Assembly: GCF_001194135.2 (NCBI RefSeq)
Contig: NC_068981.1
Coordinates: 77,249,305-77,284,312 of the forward strand
DNA: 35,008 nt
From: Octopus bimaculoides
Lineage: Eukaryota
Direction: 5' to 3'
Positions 33,536-35,008 of the stretch are shown piece by piece. The first letter of the stretch is position 1. Each line of letters begins with the position of its first letter. The notes below the pieces were generated by a model that did no database searches, was not told the DNA's origin, and worked only from the letters and a program-made list of their open reading frames with translations. The translations under genes were made by a program, and so were the position numbers.

Positions 33536-34394
33536 GTAGTGAGTTAACAGTGTTTGTGTTATAATGTTTTTCCAGAATACAGAATATATCTAAAGGTTGT
33601 TGCCAACAATATATGCAGCAAACAGTATTAAGAAAAAATTATTTATAAGCAATGTCATCGTCAACAGATATTCTAACAGGTATAACAGATTTAGTTAAAA
33701 CACTAGTAGCCGTGAATAGACAAGCTGCGTTTCCACGAGCATTTACCCAAAGTTATCGGTCGCTGACAATCTCAGTACAGGATTAAAACTATTCTGGCTA
33801 TACGCTCTTTTTCAGTTCACAAATTATTTCTTATATAAAGATATGTTTATGCATATCTATTACAAACTGTATTGCCTTGTATAAATAGATACATTCTGTA
33901 GCACATTATAAGACTAAGACAAAAGCCAATTTAAATGCACCTGTAATTTAGTAATCAAATTAACTGGGAAGAACACATTGGAAATGCAAATCTCTCTGAT
34001 TTACTTTAGCCCTTAGTAATACTGTATGAATAAGCAGAACCTCAGAGGGCAAAGAAGATACTCATCGTTAATGAATTCCCAATAGGGATTTAAAACCAGT
34101 TTAGCTGTTCCATCAACTTCTGTTTCCGACCATATTGTATATAAATAGGTATGATACACAGCTTTGACTAAAACCTATAGATATCTTCTGAATAGCGCAT
34201 AGCATATGCATGTATAGATAGGTTTGTACATAGGGAAGGACTTTGAGAATTTCTTCTGTCCGAATTCCATATGATTGCAATCATAATTACTCGAAGATCC
34301 ATAACGACAATCTTAGAATAACGCTTTGTGAAGTTTTTCAGTTTGAAATAAGTATTACATAAATAATTCGAATAAACCGTATTAAATAAAATTA

Positions 34395-35008
34395 TGCTTG
34401 TTACACAATGTTCACGCTAACTTTCTCGTCACAAAAATGAATCGTTTTTTAATCGAATTGTAACGTGATGTGAAATGGATCGAATACAACAACTGTAAAC
34501 GTTCAGCACAATGGTTAGACAAAGACGAACCACCAAAAACACAACCCCAAAAGCAAAATTCATCAAAATAAGCTGATGGTGTGTGCTTGGTGGTCTGGCG
34601 CAGGTGTGATCCATTATGATTTCATTAGACCTGGCTTATCAATCACAGCCGAAGTATACTGCAACCAACTGGACCAAATGATGCAGAAACTCACAAAAAA
34701 CAGCCTAGATTAGTCAACAGACCCACTCCTATTTTATTGCAAGACAACGCCAAACCACACATCGCAAAAATGACATTGGTGAAATTATAGGAGTTGGAGT
34801 TGGAAGTTATTCATCATCCACCACACTCACCTGATCGTGCCCTTACTAACAACCACTTCTTCCAGAATTTGGATAACTTTTTGATAGGTAAAAAATTTTA
34901 TTCCAACGATACTGTAAAACAGTCCTTCCAAGATTTTATTGAATCTAGATTTCCAGGCTTTTACAGTTCCGGGCTGGACAAGCTATCGCTGAAATGGCAA
35001 GGGTGTAT
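34395..35008 (+). pseudogene. Mariner (DD34D-type) transposase remnant, catalytic domain; runs to window end
   Basis: FFNRIVT..KWIEYNN, KLMVCAWWS..GVIHYDF, ILLQDNAKPH, HPPHSPD, SSGLDKLSLKWQGC; frameshifts and a stop. Confidence 0.93.

Noticed and set aside
33654-33788. 44-codon ORF MSSSTDILTGITDLVKTLVAVN..
   Set aside because: Too short, no motif or splice support; at most a gag-like scrap.

Overview
AT-rich, repeat-dense animal genomic DNA from a gapped draft assembly (five N runs, four starting at a microsatellite). The SINE families look like those I recall from Octopus, so a cephalopod origin is an inference. No complete host gene or intact transposon ORF is visible. Decayed mobile elements dominate: two L1/Tx1-like LINEs (1-857, 13376-16890), a Penelope-like element carrying a mutated hammerhead ribozyme, an R4/Dong-like element inside a (TAA)n tract, a Ty3/Gypsy LTR element (27733-32921), several Tc1/mariner remnants, a Helentron-associated-like fragment and four kinds of tRNA-derived SINE. 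In the repeat-poor blocks there are two candidate signal-peptide exons pointing away from each other. One is at 2443-2536 (minus), with a TATA box, Inr and leader exon; the other is at 22007-22064 (plus). An identical 18-mer lies just downstream of each, and a chain of possible very short exons sits at 18.1-21.1 kb. All host-gene calls are by eye and unverified.
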